64,000 nucleotides of DNA from Octopus sinensis. Taxonomy: Eukaryota. The stretch spans positions 88,598,001 to 88,662,000 of the forward strand of contig NC_042998.1 of the NCBI RefSeq assembly GCF_006345805.1, in the 5' to 3' direction. Shown one piece after another: positions 50,584 through 63,345 of this stretch (position 1 is the first letter of the stretch; each line of letters opens with the position of its first letter). A model generated the notes under the pieces. The model worked only from the letters and a program-made list of their open reading frames with translations. It made no database searches and was not told the DNA's origin. Position numbers and translations under genes: made by a program.

Positions 50584-51743
50584 CCGTAGCCAAGTACCGC
50601 ATCGACTGGCCTCCGTGCTGTGGGCACATAACAAACACCATCCGATCGTGGCCGTTCGCCAGCCTCATCTGGCACCTGTGTCGGTGGCACATAAAAACAC
50701 CATCCGAAGACCCGGCAAGACTAGTCAGGCCATAACCCGTGGCCCCTACCTGGGACGTAGTCAGTCCACCTGTGCATACCTTCCTTCTTATGACACTTGT
50801 GAAAACCTGTGAAGACCTGTTGAGGCAAGTGATAATCAAATCAAATCAAAACAAATCAAAATCGATGAACATCAATGGAATTTGTATCTTTGTGGTACCA
50901 GTGCCGGTGGCACACAAGAAAACCATCCGAACGTGGCGGTAGCCAGTACCACATCGACTGGCCTCCGTGCTGTGGGCACGTAACAAACACCATCCGATCG
51001 TGGCCGTTCGCCAGCCTCATCTGGCACCTGTGTCGGTGGCACATAAAAACACCATCCTAAGACCTGGCAAGACTAGTCAGGCCATAACCCGTGGCCCCTA
51101 CCTGGGACATAGCCAGGCCATAACCCATGGCCCCTACCTGGGATGTAGTCAGTCTACCTGTGCATACCTTCCTTCTTATGACACTTGTGAAGACCTGTTG
51201 AGGCAAGTGTGTGACACTTGTGAAGACCTGTTGAGGCAAGTGAAAATCAAAAAATCAAAATAGATGAACATCAATGGAATTTGTATCTTTGTGGTACCAG
51301 TGCCGGTGGCACACAAGAAAACCATCCGAACGTGGCCGTAGCCAGTACCGCATCGACTGGCCTCCGTGCTGTGGGCACGTAACAAATACCATCCGATCGT
51401 GGCCGTTCGCCAGCCTCATCTGGCACTTGTGTCGGTGGCACATAAAAACACCATCCGAGCGTGGCTGTCTGCCAGCCTCGTCTGGCACCTGTGTCGGTGG
51501 CACATAAAAAACACCATCCGAGCATGGCCGTTCGCCAGCCTCGTCTGGCACCTGTGTCGGTGGCACATAAAATCACCCACTACACTCTCGGAGTGGTTGG
51601 TGTTAGGAAGGGCATCCAGCTGTAGAAACACTGCCAGATCTGACTGGCCTGGTGCAGCCTTCGGGCTCCCTAGACCCCAGTTGAACCGTCCAACCCATGC
51701 TAGCATGGAAAGCGGACGTTAAATGATGATGATGATGATGATA
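50584..51743 (+). mobile_element. Tandem multimer of RTE 3'UTR modules ending in a (GAT)n tail
   Basis: Long units start at ~50584, ~50935 and ~51334, followed by 60-bp units, the common terminal segment and GATGATGAT at ~51723-51742. Confidence 0.82.
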
Positions 51744-52199
51744 TCAGGCTTCTTTTACTTTCCATTACCATATCCACTCACAAAGCATTGGCCTGCTATA
51801 GTAGTTGACGTCAATGGTCTTTGAATTCAGAAGGCAGAAGAAATCTGGAATAATTACCACAAAACAATCTAGCTGATGCTCTAACAACTCAGTCAATTGG
51901 CCGCCTTATAGTCATTTTATTAATCCCTGAATAATTAGATGCCAAATCAACACAGGAGGGATGTACTTAAAATGTAAAAGAACATTAGTAAATTTGAAAG
52001 GTGTTCTATTGATTTTTCTACTATCCACAACTCTAATGATAATTATAATAATTGTCTTTAATTGCCACAAGGGCAGCATAAACAGGTAAACATTTGAGTA
52101 CAATAGTCTAGGCAAATCCTTGGAGTGTACACGTCTGTATACAAATGCAAATTATAATATAATAGACTATGCACACACCACCACCACTACTATCTTCAT

Positions 52200-53550
52200 T
52201 AGCATCATCAGCATCATCTTAATTTTTCTCTGCGTGCATAGATTGACTAGGTCTCCTCCAGCATGACTTCTTGCCTCTTTTTGTGATCCGTTGTCATCTC
52301 TTTATTGAAGATCAGTCTCTTCAGATTAGCCTTCACTACTTTCCATGTTTTCCTTGCACTTCTTCCACAGTTTCCCCCCTCTTGTATTACTTAGAACTTC
52401 TTTACCTAACTGTCATCTTCTATAAGAATTACATCTTTCATATTACAGTTTCCTCTCTTGTGCACAACAATGTATCTCCTTGTATCTAAGCTTTTCTCAC
52501 TTCATTTGTACACTGGTCTTCATTTATACTTACACACCTAGTGGAGCATGCTAACATCATTTCTTTCCAGCCTTCACACCTCTTCCTTAACCAGTACCCA
52601 CATATCACTATCATGTAATAGCATACATTGCACACAAACATCATACAATCTGCCCTTCATTCAAAGAGAGATTTCCTTTCATGCCTGCAGATTTAATAAA
52701 TCTCTCAGATTGTTTTTACTCTAGTTACCATATTTTCAGAACATCTGCATCCACTGTTAATTGGGCTATTTAGGTAACTAAAGCTGCCCAATTGCTTCTA
52801 GGGAGCCTTCTCAGCATTTGAAAGAATTCATTAGTTTTGCTTTCTTTTGTCTATCTGCTACATACAAAGTCCTTCATTTCTGCTCAGTTACTTTTGATTC
52901 TACTGTATCTCTTGTGTACTCATAATTCTCATTCAGTTTGCTGTATTCAGTATCCTTAACTACTCATTTTCTGCAATATCACACATAGCCTTTTCCAAGT
53001 AACAGTAGGTCTTTTAATTAAAACCCTTGTTTTTGCTCGATTTTAAGGCCTCTCAATTCTTGGCTTTTCTTCCACATTTGGGATTATTTTTCTCTAATTC
53101 TTTAATAGATTTTGCTATGAGAAGTAGATCTTTAGTATATAGGGGTTCCCATGGTCAGCCAATCTTAAAAATTCTCTTATGGCCTAAAGAAATATAGTGA
53201 ATAGGAGAAGACAGAACACTTTATAGACACCTGTCTGCACAGTAAATTCCTCACTAAACTTATTGCTAACTTTCACCTTACTGATAGCATTACTGTGCAT
53301 GACTTGCACATTCTTAAAAGCTTTTCATATGCTACTAGTTATCTTAAGGACTACCCAATCACAGAGTGTGGTACTCTGTTAAAGGCTTACTCAAGGCCAA
53401 CAAATGTTAGGCAGAGTGGAATTTTCCTTGTGGTTGTATCTCCAGAAAGAAATTATTGCTGGTCATTGACTTGGCACAAAACTGAACTGCATATCATCTA
53501 AGCTAATGCTTTTCCTAATTACTGGTGTGAGAGCTTTGTTACTTTCAAAC
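52200..53550 (-). mobile_element. Highly degraded RTE relic
   Basis: Minus-strand remnants of the GR..RKTWKVVK terminal motif and RT C-terminal sequence similar to 31050-31520. Confidence 0.6.
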
Positions 53551-53561
53551 TTGGTCCATTA

Positions 53562-53787
53562 TTTGGTTGGTGCTTAATTATTACGGCTTTTTTTCAACAA
53601 ATTTTATTCAACAAAAACAATAACATGTAACAAAAACATCTTTAAGTGATTATTCTGGAGCATATTCACCATCTACTTCAACTACTGTTTTCCATTTGCT
53701 TGGCAGATGGTCAGACCATCATTTAAAGATGTTTTTGTTGAATAAAATTTGTTGAAAAAAAGCCGCAATAATTATGCACCAACCCAA
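53562..53787. mobile_element. mariner-derived MITE (Hsmar1/MADE-like TIR) inserted at the edge of LINE relics
   Basis: ~70-bp inverted arms beginning TT(T/G)GGTTGGTGC(T/A)TAATTATT(A/G)CGGCTTTTTTTC. TA on both sides (53560-61, 53788-89). Confidence 0.8.
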
Positions 53788-53949
53788 TAATTTGACATCT
53801 CTGTATTTGCTTCTTTCTTTATGAATTACCTTTGTCCATGGAGCAGCTGATAAGGATACTGCTATGCCAATCATCAGAGAAGACACGTCTTTGCATTGTT
53901 TTTTTTCATATTGTTTTGGTCTGGGGGAAAGGGTTGAGGCTATGGATTT

Positions 53950-55560
53950 CACAGGCCCCACTGAGACCAGTAAGATAGATGCCATTAGCATTCCTCTTGA
54001 ACAGTTACAAGTCCACAGGTGTGAGAAATATATGCAGGGGAAAGAAATCCAGAAAGGCTGACAAACTGGGAAAGAAGGAAGGAACTGAAATTAGTAATTT
54101 GTATTAGCTTGTGCTGTTTAACACAATGCTGGTAATGAAAGCAGAATGAGAGTGAGTAGATGTGGCACACTTCCAGGCAACTCCATGATGTAGAAGCCAC
54201 TGTTATAGTAGCAGAAAATGTAGGGAGAAGACAGAAGTGAGTATCTTGGTGAGAAAATTGGTGTTAATAAGTCAAGTGGCCTTTCTTTAGATGCAGGTTA
54301 TGGGAGCTATGTTTAGCAACAGCACCATTCCTGATGTGGAAATAGTTCTCCATTTATGTCTTACCTGATCCTTGTAGAGGGTTATTAGCTGTTGGATCTG
54401 AAGTATTTATTGATTCTAAAGAGAAAGGCTAATCTTTGTGGTACTTTTATTAGGTTGAGATTGCATTCGCTTGGAAGAGATCCTCTATGAAGTTAGTGCC
54501 TAACATTTAAAAGATCTATGAGGTTTTAGATTTGGCATGGAGTGTATAAGTTGCATGTTGATAATGCTTGATTGTAGAACATTAGGGAGAAACAAAAGGT
54601 TGTATGAACTGCATAGAGTGGGTGTTTTTGGAGATGATGGAAAATAGATCATTGATGTATAGAAAATGTAGAGTGGGGGTAAAAAAAAAGTCTAAACCTG
54701 ATGTATCTTAGGGTTTATTGTATAGGTTAGTGACAGCTCCATCAGCTTGCCCAACAATCTGACAGCAAACCACTGATCCAAGGGATGAGAGGTAGATATA
54801 GTTTTGCCAGGAGATTCAAAGTGTTGAAAAGCTTTGTTGATATCAAGTGCAACAACATTGCTTTTACTAAATTTCTTTAGAACAAGAGCCAATTTAATGG
54901 TTACCATATGAGAGTAAGTCTTTAAGCAGACCTGGTCTGAGATGGAGTGGGTAAAATTGTGTGTGTGGAGCATTGTAGTGTATGTAGATATGTGGTGAGT
55001 AGTTACAATAAGGCAATGGCCAGACAATTTGATAAGTACAGAGATGGTGATGGTCTGGTAAATTTTAGATTTGGAAGTAAGAAGGTGTATTTGAATGTCT
55101 GTGTGTTGAGGATGAAACTAGTTGATGTAACATCAAAGATTGTGAAAGGTTCAGTTTCTTCACTTGTAACATTAGTTTGGGCTGAGTGTAAGAGCCAAAA
55201 TGAGTTGTTAGTGCTGAAGTCAGTGAAAACAATTTCTTTAAAGAGGAATGAAATGATATGGACATCTTTGATGTAGGAAGAAATGTGATCGTTAAAGAAT
55301 TGAGGGTGTTTGGAGGGGCTCAGAGGGCAGGGAGGAAGCAGATATATTTAGGGGATTGACAAAGGGAGACTTTGAACCAGAGGAAATGGAAGTTTGTGTC
55401 AGAGAGTAGAATCTACATATGCATAGACAGAATGAAATTTGTGTAAAGAGTGAAGCCTGCCAATAGAGATGGACCATATGATAAAGATCTTAAAGAATAG
55501 GATGTATGGTGTGCACTAATAAGGACTGATGTGAAATGTCTTATTTGTATTGGGAGTCCA
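53950..55560 (-). mobile_element. CR1/L2-group LINE RT relic
   Basis: SNVVALDINKAFQH (RT motif VALDISKAFD) and LITLYKDQVRHKW (C-terminal LYKAQVRP-like motif). Many frameshifts. Confidence 0.68.
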
Positions 55561-55760
55561 TAGTTGTTAAAGAAAAAGATTACTTTCTAATGCAGTAATA
55601 AAACACATAACACCCTCACCCCTCTGCTAATTCAAGTCAACTAACAAGCTTCACCAGTTCTGTGTTGACCTAACTGTGATGGCAAATGTGTTTTGCCCCT
55701 AACCCTTCTGAGACTGCTAAATGATTGATTGAAATCATCTTCCTAAGCATGTCCTTTTAA

Positions 55761-55979
55761 CCCTTTAGTATTTAAACCGGCCATATCCAGCCAAAATATT
55801 TAATCTGTTTTATGTTCAAACTGACCAGATTCAGGCTCTCACACCTACCCTACAATGTTATTCTACATTAAGTAATTACACCATCAAGATCTTGAAGATA
55901 TGAGATAATGCATGATTAATTCAAATCAATGGGAATCAATAGGCATTATGTTTGATAGAATAATCTGAACACTAAAGGG
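55761..55979. mobile_element. piggyBac-like MITE (copy 3)
   Basis: TTAA|CCCTTTAG...CTAAAGGG|TTAA, with CCC/GGG termini and TTAA TSD typical of piggyBac. Confidence 0.8.
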
Positions 55980-56299
55980 TTAAACCACTTCAAAAGCCAC
56001 AAGTCTGAAATCCCCAAATGATTTGCCTTTAGCACAATGGGCAGAGAAAATTGCTTACAATTCCTGGAGGCAGTCATTTACTTCCAACTGAGAAGTGTTT
56101 AGCTGCCATGTAATGCCTGTAAGATTGCTATCAGAAAAGCAAAAGATGCCTTACATGTATTGCAAGTGGTCTATTCACCATTCTTCAACCAAAACAGCTC
56201 TGTTGGCAGTGCTCTTGCTGAAAAATCTTACAAGTTCACACTGCATACAAGCAACAAAATTCCTCCTGGACATTTCCTCTTTATGCCCTCAAAACTCTG

Positions 56300-56870
56300 T
56301 CAATAAAAAACTATGATTCTTCATTAGATCCAGATCTACTAAAGCTCTGACCACTTGCTAACTCTACAGAATTCAGGATAGATCCATATTGGAGCATTAC
56401 TTTCATCCATGGGATAATGTTTCTGTTAAACTGAGTATATCTGTCCTAAACATCCTTAGTAACTTCTTTGCCTACTTTTTATGCAGAAGCTGAATGTTTT
56501 GTAATCTTCAACACATTTCCTTTAACTAGGTTCATCTTTGACACATCCCTAACTCCAAATATCCTTGATACAGACCTCACTTCCAAATACAACCCCTTCC
56601 AAACTTTCATTGACTTTGTACCTATGAAGTTGTTCAGCCATTGCCTTGTTATAGCTATCCACCATACATCTGCATACTCCAGTTTGCATTCCACCCCGCT
56701 CCTGTACCCAGTGGCATCTTAAATTATTTGACTGGTCAGACCTTCTCATGTACTGTTCTGTTTGTAGCAATACCACTGGCTCTGGTGACATTTCATCCAT
56801 TATCCTGAAACGATTTACTCTAGGGCTAACTCCTACCTTTACCAATCTCTTTAGTTTTACACCATCTGTT
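56300..56870 (+). mobile_element. CR1-like relic in opposite orientation
   Basis: Homologous to the reverse complement of 54950-55130. GSGDISSIILKRFTLGLTPTFTNLF resembles the GPDGIP..VLK..APELAP.L..LF pre-RT motif. Confidence 0.55.
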
Positions 56871-56999
56871 TGACCCCGCTCACTCACTCTCTCTCTACAT
56901 ATGTGTGTGGAGTGAGAGTGAAAGAGAGAGGGAGAGAGTGAGAGAAAGAAAGAGACAGACAGACAAACAGAAAGAGAGAGAGAGAGAGAGATTTGAAGA

Positions 57000-58150
57000 G
57001 TTTGCAAGTGATGCAGTAAAGAAAGTTAGGGCTTGGATGTTGGTTATAAATGTACATACTTTTATTTGAGATAAAGGACCAAGTGTAGTGTATAGAGTGG
57101 GAGTATTTGAATGCATCAAGATGTGAGTTGCTAGAGAGATGGGAGTTTTGAACCAAGAGGTTTCACAAGTTTTTATCTCTTTTAAAAGGTCAGCAATGGT
57201 AAAAGTTGAGGACAGTTTGAGAGTCAGAGGGAGTGAAAATTGTGGAGGATGTTCTGTTGAGCTGATGAATAAAAGGTGGTGGAAAAGAGAACCATCTCTC
57301 TGTGTGCATGTCAGGTACAAGACTAGAGACTCTGTCAGTAGCCTGAGTTTTGCAGAGTGTGGTGTTGATTGTAGATTCACAGTAACCTTGTGTGAAAGAA
57401 AAGAATTGGTTAATTTTTTTTCTGATTTGGGAACTATATTCCAATTCTTGCAGCATAGACTATGAATTCTGCAAAAAAAGTTTTAATTTTGATTTAAGCA
57501 TGTGGAGGGGGTGGGGTAGAGGAAAAGTGTGAATAAGAGAGTGTTGGTAGATTTATCATCCAATGTGCTGGAGACACGAGGGCTAACCTTAGTGACAGAG
57601 GTTGAGGAAAATGGCAGAAAGTGTCACAGTTAACAGAGGTATATTCTAGAACTGGACGGGAAGTATTGATGCAGGAAATGAAGACAGAGGAAATTGGCAT
57701 TGATACAATTGTAAATATGTGTAGCAAGTGCATAATTCCAGAATGGTTCCAGTGAATGGGGCAATTCAGCCTTCAATACTGCTCGTAAAAAGGATGGTGT
57801 AACTGGAGTCCAGTTTGTTATCTATTGCCACATCTGTGTTATGCTACATGAACTCAGTTGAAAAAGGAAAATAATTCAAAGTAAGGTGAGTTAAGTGGAG
57901 AAGACTGATGGTGGTGCTAGGTTAAGATGAGGTTCAGGTTCTAGAAGAGCAGATGTGAAGGGAAAGTTTAAAGGCTAAGTATCTGTGATTGTGGGTATGA
58001 CAGAATGTAGGGATTTTGCATCCACAGTGAATAGAATCTTATAAAATCCAGGAGAGAAAGAAAAGGAACTGAGAAAGTTTAGGATATGGTTAATACCTTT
58101 ATGTGGCAGAATAAGACAGTGGTGAAGAGGGAATTATTTAATTTAGTTGG
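57000..58150 (-). mobile_element. CR1-like endonuclease/linker relic
   Basis: Purine-rich plus strand, with segments similar to 54950-55480. Broken Ser/Thr/Leu/Pro-rich minus frames as expected for this LINE region. Confidence 0.45.
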
Positions 58151-58494
58151 TTGGTGAGGATTTTGTTGTGGAGATGATGGGTTGTGTGAAAAGGTCAGGT
58201 TTATGTTGCTTGTGGGGGTGGGGTAAAAAATTGAGATGTGATTGCGATTAGGTTATTAGTAATGGGAAGGAAAGTACTGAAAGATATTTAAGCGAGTCAA
58301 AAGTTTTGCAATATTTGCATACATGCTAGTTTGTGTTGTTTGTATCACATAACCAAAGCACTTCAAGCCATGGAAGGTACCTGCTGAGGTTAGTAGTATT
58401 ATGGTAGTTAGTGCACTGACATGTTTTGCATTGGTTTACCGTTTGTGATTTGAAAGTCACACAAATGAACATTCAGTGTAGTCTCATTCAGGAA

Positions 58495-59190
58495 CTTATG
58501 CTTTACAAGTTTGGACTAGGCCATAATGATGTGGAAGCAACCAAAAACATTTGCTGTGCAAAAGTGAAGGCATAGTTGACCAGAATACAGTAACCAGATG
58601 CTTCAAGAAATTTTGCTTGGGTTGCAAGAACCTCAATGATCAGGTAAGGACAGGTAGGCCTGAAATTGTGGGTTTTGAGGTTGTGCCCCAATCCATAGAA
58701 ACAGACCTGGCAAGTAGCACTTGGAGGGTATCAGGAAGGTTTGGCATCTCATAGATGTATGCCATTGTACAGCATAAATGCCTGGCATTGGTTAATAATG
58801 AGCTGTTCTGCAGCCAGATAATGCAAGACTTCATTCTGCTCGAATTACCCAGAATAAACTCCAAGAACTTGAGGGAATTGAACTAATGCTATATCCAGCA
58901 TACAGTCTAGGCCTAGCTCCCTTGGATTATTACTTGTTCTGATCCATGGCTCATATCCTGTGCTTGCAGCACTTCATCAATCAAGAGGAGGTGGAAACTT
59001 CAGTGAAAGAAATGTTCACCTCAAAGGACAAGAACTAGCATCAGTATAGAATCAAATAACTAGCAGAAAGGTGGTTTCAGATGGTGCAGCATAATGACCT
59101 CTACTTTGAATGCTGGGCTGCTTTTGTTGTAACTTGATGAATAAACAAAAATGTTACCAAAATATTGCAGAACTTCTGACTCAATGCAAT
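58495..59190 (+). mobile_element. Degraded mariner transposase relic
   Basis: GLGHN..EATKNICCAKSEG..DQNTVTRCFKKFCLGCKNLNDQVRTGRP; DNARLHSARITQNKLQEL; a YSPDLAP-like segment; ends AERWFQMVQHNDLYFE. Confidence 0.8.
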
Positions 59191-62100
59191 ATTAATTGAT
59201 AGTATGGTATGGAGCCTTTTGTTTCTGGAGTATATGGTCCCTAGTTAGCTTGCAGAATCATCAGAAAACATTACTGCATGTTGGAGGATACTGTGAAAAT
59301 CATTAAAGTTTTCCATTTTCTTTCAGCAAACCAATTTATTACACTTTTGAACTGTAAATTAAATACTTAATTGCTTATATTCAGTGGAAATTCTGGAGAT
59401 ATGTTATTTGAACTTTTAACTTTTAAATATTTCTAATTTAAAACAGTAATGGCTGAGTCATTAAAGCGGTTGATTACTGACCATGTTCAAACCTTGCTAC
59501 AGTCAATGTGTTCTGTCCCAAGGAAAAGCACACAACTATTGTTTGCCTCTTTCTGCTCGGTGAATAGCAAACTCATATTTCACAGTCAAGTGATTATTGA
59601 TAGGAAGGGAGATCATCCAGCTGTAAAAAAATAATTGCTCCAACAATATGCAAATATCCAAATTTGCAAAATGAGAAAGAAAAAAAAAATGGAAAGAAAC
59701 CTAACTCTATGATAATGTAGAAAAAAATAACATGCACCAGAAAGCAAAAAAAAAAATGAAAGAAAACAACAAAAACAAAACTTTGTAATATTCAATTTTA
59801 GGTTTATTCGTTTATTTTTTACTGTGTATAAATTATTATACTTTTAGATAGTAGTAAGATTTTAATGACAGTTGTCTCTTTATTTCTCTCTTCCTTCTCT
59901 CTATTACACACACCACATGCATATATGTATGTATATATATATATATATATATATGGGATATCCATGTGAATGGAGAGTAGTTTTCCAGTGTAGTTAAAAG
60001 TAATAGTTGAGCTTCAGCATTAAATGTACAAATAATATATACATACGCATACATACACAGAGATAGGCATGTATGTAGGTATGTATAATGGTACTGAAAG
60101 CTGAACCAAAATGCTATACCGGATATTGTTCTATCCCATAATTTCTAAAAGGAATGAGGTCACAGCTTTGAAGCTTAGTATTGATGATTTTAATGGAATC
60201 ATATAATAATGAAAAATGATTTGTAATGATTTCAAGCAGGCACATGGCCCACTGAGTATTACTTATCAATAGCTGCATCTAATATTGACAGAAAACAGAT
60301 GGGTTTCTGTTTTATTAATATGGGTTTTGTATTTCTAGAATTGCTTTGATAATAATCTTGGGATTTCCAAGCTCAAATATTATATGGGATCTGTGATCCC
60401 AGAGATTGCAATTCCCAATTTTCATCTTAACTTTGGGATTTGATAAATGGGACATCATTTTACCTCTGTAGCAGCATTTATTATGATGATGCAAGATGAA
60501 GAATAAGAGAGAGGGAGGGAGTAAAAAGCAAGAAAGAAAGGGAAAATCAATTCTGATTTGGGTCACAGTCTATTTTCAGTTCATCAAATGCCAATGTATT
60601 ACTTACAATGTCCATTTCTGTCTGTAGATTAGCCACGTCTAATGTCTAATCGGATTGACATTTGTAAACAACCTGAATTGGTTTCCATTTATAACAAAGT
60701 AAAAAAAAAAAGAGAAAAATCATTAGAAAAAAATAAATGAATAAAAAATTTTCTATCATATTTTCTTTTATTCATTTAGAGTAATTTTGGCTGTATTTCA
60801 CTGAAATTTTTTAATAATATAAATATCAAATGACATTAATGAAAATAATAATGATTTGTATTATATGTGTGGAAATGAGGAGATGAAGCAGTGGCCATAT
60901 CAGTTTTAGGACCTCAGATAAATGGCTTAGGTTATTGCAGTTAATATTCAGTTGGAATTACTGTAAGGTAATAAACCAGAAGGAATATTTGAGGTTGAGA
61001 GAAGTTTTAGAGCAGAAGGATTTGGTGAAAAGTTTAGTAATAACTTCTCATAAGTGATACATAGTGGGAGGGGGACACATGAAAAGAGCAGATAAGGGGC
61101 CATTGAAGGGGTTTTGAGTTAGGAAGTTCAGTTTGTTTGTCCTCTCTGTGTGTAGCCCCTTGTGGGCTGTAAAGAAATAGGTACCGATATAATTTTGCAG
61201 TGGTAGAAAAGACAAATATGGAAAAAACAAAACAAAAAAAGCTTGATTATTCGCCAGTGGCTGAATAATATCTAGCTGCTTATTTTGGACTTGATCTATA
61301 ATGTGAATGTCTCTGTCTCTCTCATTCTCTGTTTGTATATGTAGCGCATCATTCCTAATATGCTGGCACTTTAGTATATAGTGCAGTTGTGCTTTGTAAG
61401 TGACTAGCACTGGCTTTAGATTAAAGTAGCTTCTGTATGATAAAATCTTAGTTATGTGTAAAATTTGGTCTCCTAGAGAGGTTGTTGAGGATTATTGTAG
61501 TATATACTTCATTCTTGTGCTTTGGTCTGTTGAATGATACAAGCTTATCAAGTTCCCAGGGTGTTTTTTTTTTTATAGATTTGTTCACAGAGAAGGAACA
61601 GGCCTAGAAGAAATGATTGGGTTGTAAGTCAACAAAAAATCTGCATAGAATGTTAGATAAGAACTTAGGGTGGTCAAGAGTGACAGGTAGAAAAATATTA
61701 ATTTAACGAAAAAAAAAAGAAAAGATTTTAGAGTGATATCACTAAATTTCATGACATGCTTTGATGAAACATATTGCTTTCTGATTGTGATTTTAGAATT
61801 GCAACTTTGCCAGTATTTTATTGTACTACAATTAATTGAAAGCTTTCATTCTTTGAAACACAATCACTTTGATTTCACTAAGTTCTCAAGGGAAAGAAAC
61901 CACAAATACATGAAGAGGATTCCCATTCATATGGTTTAGCAAAACCTGTATTGGAAATCATTGGTGGGAAAGAGATGCTCATTTATGATTGCTTTTATTG
62001 TTTTAGAGATGTTTGATCCAAGATCAATTAACCAGTAATTTTTTTCTGGTGGTTGGACAAACAGTATCTCATAATTACATAGAAGGAAGTCACAGAAACA

Positions 62101-63084
62101 AAGTTATGTGTGGACAAGGGTTAGAGCAATACTCTTGAATGAAGTCACCTTGTTGACTTTTTCATGACTCAGGAAGCTATATATAATAACTGCATATATG
62201 AAATGATGAGGAGATTTGGTAAAAAGCAAGGGGTAAATGTATTAACTTTGTGGTGTAGTTCACAGGCTTGTATGGATTAAATAATCTAATGTAGGAAGTG
62301 AAGGTTCACCAAAATTGATTGCAGAAATACTCTGTCTCTCACATTTTATAACTATTCACATGTTCAAAGGCCAAATGATTATAGTGTTCTAATTCTAAAC
62401 CACAAAACAGATAATGAAATACAGAAAACACAGGTCCTAATTTTATGTATTTAAAAATTCTCTATTAACCCTAACACTTCAGCTTAATATATATTGCTTG
62501 ATTATTAAAGCTTAAGAAATCTTTGTATTAATTTTCATGCATTTTTTTGTTCTTCAATCAGATTCAGTCATTGGACTGTGGTCTTCAAGAATTTTAGTCA
62601 ATCATATCAATTCCATTACTTTTCACGTTGGTCTTGTCCAATAGGACATTGGCTTATGGAGAAATACATAAATCCCACAGTATATTTCTGTTTGAATGTA
62701 CAACTCCTTGGTGATACAAATATGTTCACGATATATCTGATGGTCAAGATAAACCAATTGATTTAAATAAATCATATTGTCATTAATATTCAAAGTATAC
62801 CTTCTTCACAATAATATGTGACTTATTAACAAAAATTTTTTCTGGTATTGAGTCAGATACTGATTTCGTCATGGCCACTATCACAGAGTGGAGAGTTGAC
62901 AATATAGCAGACCATAACAACCATTGCAGAAATGCATATCTGCTGCTCATTTGTCTTTCTAGGAATTTTCCATTCAACTAACTGTGAACTGATCGCTTAC
63001 CATTTTGTATGGAGATTAGTTCTTATCCAAGACTATCTTTTATCTTTTACTTTTTTCAGTCGTTAGACTACATCAGTGCTTGGG

Positions 63085-63345
63085 CACCAATTTCAAGATG
63101 GTGCTTTAAGTACTGAGGTTGACTTGTTCAAATAAAGCTTAAAGGATTTAGTCAAACAAATCAATGCCAGTACTTGTTTTTTCATGCCTGGTACATATTT
63201 CTGTCAGTATCTTTTTTTGCTGAACCACTAAATTACTGGGATGTAAACAAACCAACACCAGTTGTCAAGTGGTGGTGGGGTACAAACACAAAGACACACA
63301 CACACACATGACAGGCTTCTTTCAGCTTCTGTTTACCAAATCCAG
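63085..63345 (-). mobile_element. Same SINE family, 3' half
   Basis: GTAAACAAACCAACACCAGTTGTCAAG...CAAACACAAAGACACACA...TTCTTTCAG...TACCAAATCC match. Confidence 0.65.

Noticed and set aside
50528-51722. Cluster of 60-118 aa ORFs
   Set aside because: All fall in the repeated RTE 3'UTR multimer.
56549-57465. ORFs of 90-161 aa
   Set aside because: Degraded CR1-like LINE sequence and (GA)n repeats, not host genes.
62578-62977. Coding-like frames on both strands
   Set aside because: Short, interrupted by stops, with no recognisable domain or convincing splice pair.
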